The position numbers and the translations under genes were made by a program. A stretch of DNA of 64,000 bases from Spirochaetia bacterium (GTDB lineage: Bacteria > Spirochaetota > Spirochaetia > SZUA-6 > Bin103): contig CBDBDQ010000005.1 of the NCBI GenBank assembly GCA_965203905.1, forward strand, positions 7,328,001 through 7,392,000, written 5' to 3'. Shown piece by piece: positions 46,364 to 57,742 of this stretch. The number at the start of each line of letters is the position of its first letter. The stretch's first letter is position 1. Below the pieces are notes generated by a model. The model was not told where the DNA came from. It searched no databases and worked only from the letters and a program-made list of their open reading frames with translations.

Positions 46364-47287
46364 TTATTGCTGCTTGCGGAACACCAGCACGTTCTGGTGC
46401 ACCAGCGAGGGGATGTAGCGATAGCGGTAGCCGTAGATGTGGAGCTTCTTGGACACGTCGTACCAGATCAGGTTGGCCTGCCACGCCAGCGGCTCGATGC
46501 TGCTGAGCACCGCCGCCAACTCGGCCGACAGCGCGTGGTAGGCACCGTCAGCGTACATGTCGCCGATGAAGGAGAGCAGATAGCCGCCGTTCTTGAGACG
46601 GGCTGCGGCGAGGCGGAACACCTGCTCCATGGCCGCCAGCCAGGCCGCCTTGTCGGGATAGCCGGAGGCGCTGCCGAACTCACCCAGGCGCGTGGCAGGC
46701 GCCGGCCGCGCCCGCTCCCCCACCCGCTTGTAACTGCCCTTGGAACGCCGCGCGACATCCATGTTCCAGTACGGGACATCCGTGAGCACCAGGTCGAAGG
46801 GCCCGGCTATCTGCTCCAGCACGGTGCCGGCGTCGCCCACCCGCGTAGTCAGCTCCCGGATCCCTTCGCGGCGACACACTTCGCGGTAGATCTCGATCCA
46901 GCGCGGGTTGATCTCCACGCCCACCGCGCTCCGTCCCGCCTGCGCCGCTCCCAACAGCACGCCTCCCACCCCCATGAACGGATCGAGCACCCGCTGTCCA
47001 CGCTTGCTGAACACGCGAATCAGGTCGGCACACAGATCGGGTGGCTTCTGTCCGCCGTGGGCGCGGCGCAGGGCATGCTGGCAGTTCGCCGGGTAGGGCC
47101 GGTTGATCACCGACCGGGTCCAGTACAGCCACTCGCGGCCGGTAAGGTCGTTGAGCCGGTTGTGCGGTGAGTAGTAGCCGCGGCTGCGCCCCTGGTCGTC
47201 GAACAGCTCCTGGGGGGAGGCCTCACCGCCACCGGTTCCGACCGGCTCGGGGAACAGCTCGTGCTGTCCGCTCTCCGCTTCAGCCAC
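46364..47287 (-). CDS. Orphan amino-methyltransferase (N4C/N6A DNA or Trm11-like)
   Basis: 'NDLTGREW', 'VLDPFMGVG', 'GVEIN', motif IV variant 'TDVPY'. Confidence 0.8.
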   Translation of the reverse strand: MAEAESGQHELFPEPVGTGGGEASPQELFDDQGRSRGYYSPHNRLNDLTGREWLYWTRSVINRPYPANCQHALRRAHGGQKPPDLCADLIRVFSKRGQRVLDPFMGVGGVLLGAAQAGRSAVGVEINPRWIEIYREVCRREGIRELTTRVGDAGTVLEQIAGPFDLVLTDVPYWNMDVARRSKGSYKRVGERARPAPATRLGEFGSASGYPDKAAWLAAMEQVFRLAAARLKNGGYLLSFIGDMYADGAYHALSAELAAVLSSIEPLAWQANLIWYDVSKKLHIYGYRYRYIPSLVHQNVLVFRKQQ

Positions 47288-47299
47288 GGCGTTCCCGCT

Positions 47300-48643
47300 T
47301 CACGCCGCCTGCCGCGGCATCGTGATGCGGAAGCAGCTGCCTCCGGGAAGCGGGTGGTAGGTCAAGGTGCCCCCGTTGCGCTCCACCAGGCGGCGCGCGA
47401 GGTGCAGTCCCAGGCCGGTGCCGGAACCCGTGGTGTACCCCCACTCGAACAGGCGTGCGGCGGCCTCGGGGGCCACGCCCCCGGCCGCGTCGGTCACCTC
47501 CAGTATGCACCGCTCGGGGGTGACCCGTCCGCCAACCGTCACCGTGCCGCCCCCCGGAACCTCTTGCGCGGTGATCTGCGCCCCGTTCTGAATCAGATTC
47601 AGCAGCGCCAGCAGCAACTCCCGCTTACGGGCGACCACCGTGAGGGTCGGCGGCACCTGCAGATCCACGGTCACGCGCTCGGCCTGAAACGAGGCCGTCA
47701 CCATCCCCAGCATCTGCCTGAGTTGCTCGCGTACCGCGACCTCGGTGCGCCGCTCCGGGCCGCCGCGCAACACGGTGGCAAGCATCTCATTGATCCCCGC
47801 GACCCCTGCGCCCACGTGGCTGCTGATGAGTCGCAGGGCACGCGTCGCGTCAGGCTGAGCCGTGGCGTCCAGCCCCCACTCGGCCGTGGTCTTGATGTGA
47901 GACAGAATGTTCCTGAACTCGTGGGCTACGCCGGCGGTGAGGTAACCGACGGTCTCGAGGCGATTTTGCAGCAGCAGGTTCTCTTCAGCGGTCTCCAGCC
48001 GGCGGCGCAGCCGCTGCAGGCGCCGCATCTGGCCGCTGAGACCGGCGCCGGGGGCCCCGCGCAGGTAGTCCAGCTGGGCGAGGAAAAAACCCGAACCGAG
48101 CGCCACCAGGCCGACGCCGGCCACGGCGAGGGAGAGCGCCGGGGCGCCCAGGAGCTGCACCAGCTGGTCGGCCATCGATCCCGCTACCGGCAGCAGGCCG
48201 GTGCCGCAGAGGTACCAGTCGGCGGCCCCCTTGCGCAGGTGGCGCCGGCCGCACAGCCGACGCCACGGGTAGATCGCGAGGGCCGCAATGCACGCCATGG
48301 GAACCAGCCAGCGGTAGGTCCCCCACCAACCGATTACCAGGCACCCCAGCACCACGCCGTTCGCCGCCGCCGCGAGCAGGTGCCAACCGGGCGCCACCCG
48401 CTCGCCGTCACGCGCGGTGAGGTACGCGCCGGCCACCCACAGCAACAGACCGGTGGCCGGCAGACCCGCCGGTCCGCTGGCCGGAGCGAGGGTGACACAC
48501 AGCATGGCGCCGAGAAAGATGATGAACCAGACCGCCTCGGCGCGACGCGGTGCGGCGCGGGTACGCAGCGCCGCCACCACGACCTGGGAGCAGAGCAACG
48601 CGGCCACGGCTGCGCTTGCCGCAAGAGCTGCGGCGCCGGGCAT
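47300..48643 (-). CDS. Membrane sensor histidine kinase
   Basis: Multi-TM N-terminus; H-box 'VAHEFRNIL', 'NLIQNG', 'DAAGG', 'GTGLGL'. Confidence 0.88.
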   Translation of the reverse strand: MPGAAALAASAAVAALLCSQVVVAALRTRAAPRRAEAVWFIIFLGAMLCVTLAPASGPAGLPATGLLLWVAGAYLTARDGERVAPGWHLLAAAANGVVLGCLVIGWWGTYRWLVPMACIAALAIYPWRRLCGRRHLRKGAADWYLCGTGLLPVAGSMADQLVQLLGAPALSLAVAGVGLVALGSGFFLAQLDYLRGAPGAGLSGQMRRLQRLRRRLETAEENLLLQNRLETVGYLTAGVAHEFRNILSHIKTTAEWGLDATAQPDATRALRLISSHVGAGVAGINEMLATVLRGGPERRTEVAVREQLRQMLGMVTASFQAERVTVDLQVPPTLTVVARKRELLLALLNLIQNGAQITAQEVPGGGTVTVGGRVTPERCILEVTDAAGGVAPEAAARLFEWGYTTGSGTGLGLHLARRLVERNGGTLTYHPLPGGSCFRITMPRQAA

Positions 48644-48648
48644 CGCGA

Positions 48649-49776
48649 CTACTCGAGTTCGGACAGGGGGACGGGTTGCGGGGTGCTGTCGTCCGCCACG
48701 ACGCGGGCGAATTCCTCCAGGAGACCGCGCGCCCGTGCCGGCATCTTGTCCGGAACCTTGACCAGTACCCGGATGTAGAGGTTGCCCCGGCGATTGCGCT
48801 CGCCCCGGTAGGGAACGCCCTCGTTGCGCAACCGCAGCATCTTGCCGTTCTGGGTGCCGGCCGGAATCTTGACCTTGACGCGCCGTCGATCCAGGGTGGG
48901 GACCACGATCTCCGCACCCAGCGCGGCCTGGACGATACCCACCCGGATCACGCAGTACAGGTCGTTGCCATGGCGCTCGAAGAACTCGTGCGGCTGGATG
49001 TGGATGTATACGTACAGGTCGCCGGGCGGCCGGCTGCCGGCGGCTCCATCGCCCTCACCGGGAATCTGAATCCGCTTGCCCGGCTCGATGCCGGCCGGAA
49101 TGGTGATCTTGATGCGCCGGTTGCGGCGCTGGCGGCCGCTGCCGCGACAGTGCTGGCACGGGTGCTCGACGACGTCGCCGGCACCTTCGCACTGCGGGCA
49201 GGTTGACGCGATCGAGAAGAACCCCGAACTGCGCCGCACCTGGCCGCTGCCGCCACAGCTCGGACAGATGGTACGCCGCGCCCCTCCGGCGACTCCGGTA
49301 CCGTGGCACGGATCGCAGGCCTCATGACGGGTAAACGTGATCTCGGCATCGCTGCCGAACACCGCATCGGCGAACGCCACCTCCAGGTCGTAGCGCAAAT
49401 CGTCGCCGCGCATGGCACCGTGGCGGGCCCCGGGAGAACGCCGCCGGCCACCTCCGAACAGCGAATCGAAGATGCCCCCGAAGTCTCCGAAGATGTCCTC
49501 GAAATCGCGGAACACATGGGAAAAGTCCTGCGCTCCCCCACCGCGCATACCATCCACGCCGGCGAATCCGAACTGGTCGTAAGCCTGCCGCTTACGAGTA
49601 TCGGAGAGCACGTCGTAGGCTTCGGTCGCCTCTTTGAATTTCTCCTCGGCGGCGTGGTCGCCGGGATTCCGGTCGGGGTGATAGCGGATCGCGAGTTTGC
49701 GGTACGCCTTCTTTACGTCATCGAGGGCAGCGCTCTTGTCGACCCCAAGTACTTCGTAGTAATCCCGCTTGGCCAC
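48649..49776 (-). CDS. dnaJ: Chaperone DnaJ
   Basis: 'KRDYYEVLG', HPD, G/F region, four CxxCxGxG. Confidence 0.97.
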   Translation of the reverse strand: MAKRDYYEVLGVDKSAALDDVKKAYRKLAIRYHPDRNPGDHAAEEKFKEATEAYDVLSDTRKRQAYDQFGFAGVDGMRGGGAQDFSHVFRDFEDIFGDFGGIFDSLFGGGRRRSPGARHGAMRGDDLRYDLEVAFADAVFGSDAEITFTRHEACDPCHGTGVAGGARRTICPSCGGSGQVRRSSGFFSIASTCPQCEGAGDVVEHPCQHCRGSGRQRRNRRIKITIPAGIEPGKRIQIPGEGDGAAGSRPPGDLYVYIHIQPHEFFERHGNDLYCVIRVGIVQAALGAEIVVPTLDRRRVKVKIPAGTQNGKMLRLRNEGVPYRGERNRRGNLYIRVLVKVPDKMPARARGLLEEFARVVADDSTPQPVPLSELE

Positions 49777-49807
49777 CCGCTCACGATCCTGCCGGGAGCA
49801 AGCCCGG

Positions 49808-51802
<1,995 letters not shown>

Positions 51803-51807
51803 ACTTG

Positions 51808-52713
51808 CTAAGCTCCTTCCTCCAGACTGGCCTCGGTGTCGGCGGGCGAACCGCTGTCGGCGGCGGAACCCCGGTCGGTCGGTGAACCGTCGGCCGGTGA
51901 TCCATTGTCGCCGGCGGCTCGCTCCAGCGGAGTGGCGACGCGCACCCGGGCTGCGCGAATCACGCGGCCATGCAGCGTGTACCCCTTCTGGTAGTCCTCG
52001 ATCACGGTCGCCTCGGTGTGCTCGGTCGAGGGTTCGGTGGCCAGTGCTTCGTGGCGCTCGGGATCGAACGGCTGGCCGGCCGAATCGAAGCGGGTCAGGC
52101 CCCACTTGCGCTGCAGGGTGCTCAAGAGCTGCTTCTCGATCAACTCGATGCCGCTGTGCAGGGTGGGGAAGTCCTCGCTCTGCGCGGCCGCCGAGATGGC
52201 CCGCTGGAAGTCATCCAGCACCGCGGTAAGATCGAGGAGCAGACCGGTATTGGCGAACTTGATCGCCTCCTCCTTGTCGCGGTTGATGCGTTTACGGAAG
52301 TTCTCGAAGTCGGCCTGCTTGCGCAGCAACTCGTCCTCCAGCGTGGCGAGCCGATCCTGGAGTTGCTCGAATTGCTCCGCCTGCGCGGTATCGGAATCCG
52401 CAGTGCCGCTACCGGCTTCGCCGGCAGTTTCCGGACCCGCGGCCTCGCCGCCGGTGGCGGCATCCCGTTCGCCAGCGCCTCGAGGCGCCGTGTCCGGTTC
52501 CGAAGCCGGGTTTGCGCCCGTTCCGGCGGGGCGGCTGTTGGCATGGCGCGTGGCGCCGGCGTCGGTATCGCTGCCTTCCGTGCCGCCCGTTCGTTCCGCT
52601 GACGCGGCACCGCCGGTCGCCTGCGAAGCCGCGCGCTGCGCCTCGTTACGACGCTTTCCCCTGGCCGAGCGGCCACCCCGCGAACCACCGTTGCCGAAAC
52701 GATTCTTCGTCAT
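51808..52713 (-). CDS. grpE: Nucleotide exchange factor GrpE with long disordered N-terminus
   Basis: 'ADFENFRKR', 'FDPERHEA', '[16 protein letters not shown]'. Confidence 0.95.
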   Translation of the reverse strand: MTKNRFGNGGSRGGRSARGKRRNEAQRAASQATGGAASAERTGGTEGSDTDAGATRHANSRPAGTGANPASEPDTAPRGAGERDAATGGEAAGPETAGEAGSGTADSDTAQAEQFEQLQDRLATLEDELLRKQADFENFRKRINRDKEEAIKFANTGLLLDLTAVLDDFQRAISAAAQSEDFPTLHSGIELIEKQLLSTLQRKWGLTRFDSAGQPFDPERHEALATEPSTEHTEATVIEDYQKGYTLHGRVIRAARVRVATPLERAAGDNGSPADGSPTDRGSAADSGSPADTEASLEEGA

Positions 52714-52792
52714 CTGCGTAGTGCGCTACGGAGGTGAGATCAGGGAATCCATCACTCGCCCGCCTTCGGAATGACGGCTGAAGCGCAACGGT

Positions 52793-52822
52793 AAGGTAAT
52801 AACCTGCTTTCATCACGGTCAA
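52793..52822 (-). promoter_or_regulatory. Putative promoter of grpE-dnaK-dnaJ
   Basis: TTGACC-18 nt-TACCTT; small palindrome AGGT-N4-ACCT over the -10. Confidence 0.35.
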
Positions 52823-52940
52823 GGAGTTTCCCCGGCCGGCAGCACCCCGAAGCGAGCCCGAGATCGCTGTCAGACCGTGGCGCAACCGCGGCTGCATTCG
52901 AGCGCCGCTCCCGGTGCGACGCCGGGTTCGCTACGGGCTG

Positions 52941-54119
52941 CTAAGCGGTTGCCGACGGTGTCGCTCCGATGGAACCCATAGCCGGAGCCGGATCGCCGTG
53001 CTCGGCGCCGGACCCGGATTCCGGAAGGGTCACCTGGGCGGTGGCCCCGACCTCCAGAATGAGTTCCACTTCACCGCGGCTGAGCCTGGTGGCACGGGCG
53101 ATCTCGGGCACCGACCAACCTTGCCCGGACAGCTTGAGCACGGTTTCACGCTTGCCGAGCGTAACGGCTCCACCCTGTGCGGCGGTCGAACCGCGCTCTT
53201 CTCTGAGCAGAGCCTCCAGCAGGCGAACCTGCTCCTGAGCGCCGGCGCCGAGCTCCGCGAGCCGGGTCTCGGTCCGTGCCAGCCACTCCCGGGCCACCTG
53301 CAGCCGTTGCGCGCGCCGTTCGGTCTCGGCCATCGCCGTGTCGATCCGGCGCAGAGCCCCGAGTGCCGCCTCGGCTCGGTCCGAGCCGGCCGCCAATGTC
53401 TGCACCTGGTGCTGCAGCGTCCCGACGTTTTCCCGTACTTCGTCGACTCCGGGCTGCAGCCGCTCCAGATCCTGCTCCAGACTGCCCACCGTATCCGCCA
53501 GCGCCTCGACGTCACCCCGTTGTTGCTGCAGCTGGGCGACCTTCTGCACGATGTCGTCGCCGGTGGCGCGCGCCTGCGCCAGCTCTCGGTGGACCCCCCG
53601 CAGCTCCTCCCGCTGCGCCAGCAAGCCGCTGATACGCTCATCGAGATCGGCCACCGACGCCGCTGCCCCCAGGACCCGCGTCTGGAGGCTGGAGGCATCC
53701 CCCCGCACGCCGGCGAGATGCTCCTTGAGCGTGGGAATCGCGGCGCACTCAGACTCCACCAGGCGCAGACTTCCTTCCACGGCCTGGGTACGCTCCCCCA
53801 GTTGCGTCACCGCCACGTCGTGCGCCTGCAGACGCTCGCCGAGGCGATCCACTTCGGCGGCACGTTCGGCAAGTCCCTCCGCGACCGAGCGCACCCGCTT
53901 CAGCAACTCCGCGCCGGTCTTGAGGTTGACCTGCAGCTCGATGGCCAGATCCTGGACCTCCGCCGCCTTCCGATCAACCGCCTGCGCCACGCCCTTGGCC
54001 ACGCGGTCGGCGTAGCGCTTCACCTTTTCCAGAGAGCGGCGCCGCGTATCCAGGTGGCGATAGACGAAGAGTATTGCAACCACCACCAGCAGGGTGATGA
54101 GGTTGCCGATTGAGAACAT
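52941..54119 (-). CDS. SpiroCoCo-type membrane-anchored coiled-coil protein with C-terminal HTH-like motif
   Basis: TM + 'YRHLDTRRRSLEKVKRYAD'; long coiled coil; 'QGWSVPEIARATRLSRGEVELILE'. Confidence 0.8.
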   Translation of the reverse strand: MFSIGNLITLLVVVAILFVYRHLDTRRRSLEKVKRYADRVAKGVAQAVDRKAAEVQDLAIELQVNLKTGAELLKRVRSVAEGLAERAAEVDRLGERLQAHDVAVTQLGERTQAVEGSLRLVESECAAIPTLKEHLAGVRGDASSLQTRVLGAAASVADLDERISGLLAQREELRGVHRELAQARATGDDIVQKVAQLQQQRGDVEALADTVGSLEQDLERLQPGVDEVRENVGTLQHQVQTLAAGSDRAEAALGALRRIDTAMAETERRAQRLQVAREWLARTETRLAELGAGAQEQVRLLEALLREERGSTAAQGGAVTLGKRETVLKLSGQGWSVPEIARATRLSRGEVELILEVGATAQVTLPESGSGAEHGDPAPAMGSIGATPSATA

Positions 54120-54175
54120 GGTGTGTCCCCCTCCCCGAGCCGCCGCGCGCAGGGACTGTCGCACGCGGCAGCGCC

Positions 54176-54205
54176 ATGATAGCCACCGGCACCGGCGGCT
54201 GTCAA
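54176..54205 (-). promoter_or_regulatory. Putative sigma70 promoter of the coiled-coil gene
   Basis: TTGACA-18 nt-TATCAT. Confidence 0.5.
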
Positions 54206-54273
54206 ATCCAGTGCCCGCCCGCCCCCGCACACGCTCTCGGTGCGACGCCGGGTTTCACCACGGGCTGCTTAGC

Positions 54274-54972
54274 CTATGACCTGGTCGGATAGACGGGCCG
54301 GGCTGCCAGCGGCAGGTCGGGGAAGGCTCGGTAGTTGGGGAACGAAACGGCGGCTACTCCGGAGGTCACCGGATGGCGCGTCAGATGCGCCGCGCGCATC
54401 CCCACGCGGTGGGCGCCGATCATGTCGTGCGCATAGCTGTTGCCCACGAACAGCACCTCTTCCGGCCTCACCTGCAGCAACCGCAGTATCAACAGGAACG
54501 GCTCCGGGTTGGGCTTCAGCGCCCCCGCCTGGTCGGCGCTCACGACACCGCGCCAGCCGGTCTCGAGCCCCAGCGCAGCCAGTTTCTCATGGGTAAACGG
54601 GGAGTCGGAGACCACTCCCAGGCGCAGGCCCTCGGCCCGCAGTCGGGAGAGGGTGGCGGCTACCTCGGAGTAGGGCTGCAGCCGGCGGAAGGTACCTGGC
54701 CATTCCCGGTATACCACGCGCTCCACCGCCTCGGCGGCGGTCACGGTGTCGATCCCGAGGAAGCCCGCCACCAGCTCGGCCTGCCGCTGCCGCAACCCGC
54801 TCCCGGGCCGCTCGCCGCGCAGCACCCGTCGGGCGCGTCCGAAGGCCGCGAACAGCCGCGCGTGGCGACACACCAGGGGCCACGAGCGGCGGACGATCTG
54901 CCGGATGGGATACAGCGTTCCGTCGATGTCGAAGACTACGGCGCGTAACGGGGGACCGGGGAGAGTAGCCAT
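54274..54972 (-). CDS. HAD-family hydrolase
   Basis: 'FDIDGTLY', 'VVSD', 'KPNP', 'FVGNS..HD..GA'. Confidence 0.88.
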   Translation of the reverse strand: MATLPGPPLRAVVFDIDGTLYPIRQIVRRSWPLVCRHARLFAAFGRARRVLRGERPGSGLRQRQAELVAGFLGIDTVTAAEAVERVVYREWPGTFRRLQPYSEVAATLSRLRAEGLRLGVVSDSPFTHEKLAALGLETGWRGVVSADQAGALKPNPEPFLLILRLLQVRPEEVLFVGNSYAHDMIGAHRVGMRAAHLTRHPVTSGVAAVSFPNYRAFPDLPLAARPVYPTRS

Positions 54973-55035
54973 AGCGTGCGTTCGCCGCCGCAACCTTAAC
55001 ACAGGTTGCCGCGGCGGTTGCCGCGGGGGCAGCTG

Positions 55036-56085
55036 CTATCTCCCTCCCGGCTTGATCTCGTAGGTCCGCCGTCCCCGTGCCTCGGCGTTGCAGTCGAACC
55101 GCATGCCGCGCGCCGCGCTCAGCACCGCGCTGTTCAGCGCACTGCTGCCGCCCCGCACGATATCCACGCCGGTTACGAGTCCGCTCGCATCCAGTCTGAA
55201 TTGGACTTCGATGTGGAAGGTCACACCGCCGCCGGAGATGCCGGAGACATCGGGCCTCGGATCCACCACCGGCTCGCCGCAGCCGGCACCGTTGCCGTCC
55301 CACACCACGCCCGAGGAGCCGCCTCCTAGCGCACTCCCCCGCTCGGTACCGTCGGCGAGATAGCCGTCGGCAGGGGCGCTGCCGCCATCTGACGGGCTGC
55401 CCGCGGCCAGCGCCTCGTCGAGGCCGGAGATCTTCTTCTGTGTGGCTGCCTCGTCGTAGCTGGCCGCCGGACCGCCGACCGAGGGACGCTGACTCTCCGC
55501 CGAGACCGGCGCCGGCGCCGCGTCGGCCGGCGCCGCCACCGGCGTGCCGAAGTTGGTGGGCGCCTCGCCGACGTCGGGGGTCGGAGCCAGTGGCTTGAGC
55601 GCCGCACGGGCAAGCGCTTGCGCGGCCGCGGCGGCCTGTTTGAGGGAAACCGCGGGCGGTGGGGGCTCCCGGTTGGCTATCACCGGCGCAGGTGCCGGCT
55701 GCACCGGCGCCGTGGGCTTGGGTGCCGCCGGAAGATCGGCGCTCGGCGTCTGCGACGGGGCCGGTGGCGTGGGCACCGGCTGCGAGCGCGGCTTCGCGAC
55801 CGGCTTCTCCTGCGTCTTCACCGGTGCCTTGGCGGCGGGCTCGGGCGTCGCCGCGGGGGCCTCCTTGCGCGGCGCCGGTGCCGGCTTGGGGGCCGGCTTC
55901 GGCGGCACTTCCCGTTCCGTCTGCAACTGCACCGTGAGCGGTCCCCGGGGCTTCTCTTTGGCCACCGCCGCCGCGTGCAGCTGCACCGCGATGAGCAGCA
56001 CCACGTGCAGGATCACGGCCACCAGGAGGGCGACCTTGAGCCGCGCGTTGAGGCGCGGATCCTGCCATTCGAGGGCGGTGGTCAT
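55036..56085 (-). CDS. tonB: TonB/TolA-like energy transducer
   Basis: Single N-terminal TM with His ('VILHVVL'), Pro/Lys/Ala-rich linker, TonB_C-like 'V.F.LDASG.V..V.I..G.S.ALN.A...A.R..RF'. Confidence 0.75.
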   Translation of the reverse strand: MTTALEWQDPRLNARLKVALLVAVILHVVLLIAVQLHAAAVAKEKPRGPLTVQLQTEREVPPKPAPKPAPAPRKEAPAATPEPAAKAPVKTQEKPVAKPRSQPVPTPPAPSQTPSADLPAAPKPTAPVQPAPAPVIANREPPPPAVSLKQAAAAAQALARAALKPLAPTPDVGEAPTNFGTPVAAPADAAPAPVSAESQRPSVGGPAASYDEAATQKKISGLDEALAAGSPSDGGSAPADGYLADGTERGSALGGGSSGVVWDGNGAGCGEPVVDPRPDVSGISGGGVTFHIEVQFRLDASGLVTGVDIVRGGSSALNSAVLSAARGMRFDCNAEARGRRTYEIKPGGR

Positions 56086-56510
56086 GACCTCCCAGGCAAC
56101 GGTGAGCGCGGGTCACGAGTGCGCAGGCTGGCGGCCTCGAAACCGAGGATGCGGAGCACGTCGAGCACGTCCACCATCAGGTCGTAGGGAACCGAGGCAT
56201 CGCCCTCCACCACTACCGGATGGGTGCTCGGCGAGTCACCGCCGATGTTCTCGCGCAATGCCGCGTCCAGACTGCGAATCGATACCTGGCGGTCATTCAC
56301 GTAGATCTCGTCGCGGTCGCCGATCGACACCACCAGCGGTGTCAGCGCGACCGGCTCGGCCGTCTTCGAGGCGGGCAGCTCAAGGTCGATGCCCGGCACG
56401 ATCTTGAACGTCGTGGACACCATGAAGAAGATGACGAGCTGGAACACCACGTCGATCATGGGCACCAGGTTGGCGCTGGTCTGCGCCTTGAGGCCGCGCC
56501 GGGCTCTCAT
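56082..56510 (-). CDS. exbD: ExbD/TolR
   Basis: '[18 protein letters not shown]', 'GD..VPY...V.V.D'. Confidence 0.93.
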   Translation of the reverse strand: MRARRGLKAQTSANLVPMIDVVFQLVIFFMVSTTFKIVPGIDLELPASKTAEPVALTPLVVSIGDRDEIYVNDRQVSIRSLDAALRENIGGDSPSTHPVVVEGDASVPYDLMVDVLDVLRILGFEAASLRTRDPRSPLPGRS

Positions 56511-57712
56511 GTGACCGCCGCCGCCTGCGGTAGCGGCGCCGCGCCGCTATTGGGTGGGGCAGCAGCGACGGCACCCGGCTGCGGCGTCCCCACTCCAGGA
56601 TGGGGCAGCGCAGCGCCAGTGTGGGCGATCGCTACCCCGGGTTGCGGTGCCAAACCGGGATGTGCCGCCACTCCGGGTTGCGGGACTGGCACCCCGGGAT
56701 GCGGGACCGCCACCCCGGGATGCGGCGCCGCCACTCCGGGTTGCGGGACCGCCACTCCAGGATGCGGCGCCGCCACTCCGGGTTGCGGGACCGCCACGCC
56801 CGGTTGCGGCGCCGCTACGCCGGGTTGTGGGGCCGCTACGCCCGGTTGCGGGGCCGTCACCCCAGGTTGTGGAGCGGCCACTCCCGGATGCGGCGGCGCG
56901 ACTCCCGGATGCGCAGGTGCCACTCCCGGGTGGGCTGGCGCCGCTACGGGTTGCGCGACCCCTACCCCGGGTTGCCGTGCATCGGTCTCCGGACGGGTCG
57001 CCTCCGCATTCGGCTGAGCGCTCTCCGGTTTCGGCTGCGCCGCCTCCGTGCCGACGTTCGTGCTTTCGGCGGCCTGCTCCGCCGCCACCAGCATCGCGAC
57101 CATCTCGCTGACGCGATGCTCCAGTCGGATCATGCGGTGACTCACCTTGCTGACCAGGAAGTTGTAGAAGATGACCGCCGGAATAGATACGACGATGCCG
57201 GCGGCGGTGGTCAGCAGCGCCTCCGAGATGCCCCCCGCCAACAGCGAGGCGTCGGCGATCGCCCCCATGTCACCCAGCACGCCGAAGGCCCGGATGTTTC
57301 CCGTGACCGTTCCCAGCAGGCCCAGCAGGGGTGCGATGTGAGCGATCGTGCCCAGCGCGGAGAGAAACCGTTCTTCTTTCGGAATCTCCATGTTGGCGGC
57401 ATCGAGGATCACTTCGCGCAGCTCCGTCGTCGAAGCGTGGCGATGGTTGATCCCCACCTGCATCATTGCCGCGAGCGCCGAAGGATGGTCTTCGCAGATC
57501 GCGAGCGCCTCTTCGTAGTGCCCCTTGCGCAGCGTCGCCGTGAGCCGTTGCAGCAGCTTCGCCTCATCGGCACGGCGGCTGCGGAAGTACAGCAGGCGCT
57601 CGATCACGATCACGGCGGCGATGACTGATAGCATGACGATCAGCACCATCACCACGCCGCCCTTCTCGATTAACTGTAGCTGGATGAACTCCATCATCGC
57701 GGTCGTCTCCAC
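56507..57712 (-). CDS. exbB: ExbB/MotA/TolQ proton-channel protein with repetitive C-terminal tail
   Basis: '[13 protein letters not shown]', '[15 protein letters not shown]'. Confidence 0.92.
   Translation of the reverse strand: METTAMMEFIQLQLIEKGGVVMVLIVMLSVIAAVIVIERLLYFRSRRADEAKLLQRLTATLRKGHYEEALAICEDHPSALAAMMQVGINHRHASTTELREVILDAANMEIPKEERFLSALGTIAHIAPLLGLLGTVTGNIRAFGVLGDMGAIADASLLAGGISEALLTTAAGIVVSIPAVIFYNFLVSKVSHRMIRLEHRVSEMVAMLVAAEQAAESTNVGTEAAQPKPESAQPNAEATRPETDARQPGVGVAQPVAAPAHPGVAPAHPGVAPPHPGVAAPQPGVTAPQPGVAAPQPGVAAPQPGVAVPQPGVAAPHPGVAVPQPGVAAPHPGVAVPHPGVPVPQPGVAAHPGLAPQPGVAIAHTGAALPHPGVGTPQPGAVAAAPPNSGAAPLPQAAAVT
56570..56975. repeat. 21-bp coding tandem repeat (~19 degenerate units) encoding (Q/H)PGVA(A/V)P
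   Basis: Repeated units such as CCGGGTTGCGGGACCGCCACT. Confidence 0.9.
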
Positions 57713-57742
57713 CCTATAATGCTCGGTCGCTTTGCCGGCGCC

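Noticed and set aside
52714-52940. CIRCE or HAIR heat-shock operator upstream of grpE
   Set aside because: Neither consensus is present. Half-site look-alikes at 16117 (CTTGAGT) and ~35777 (TCAGCACTC) lack second halves and are not near chaperone genes.
56570-56975. CRISPR array or non-coding VNTR
   Set aside because: In-frame 21-bp tandem units within exbB, with no spacers.
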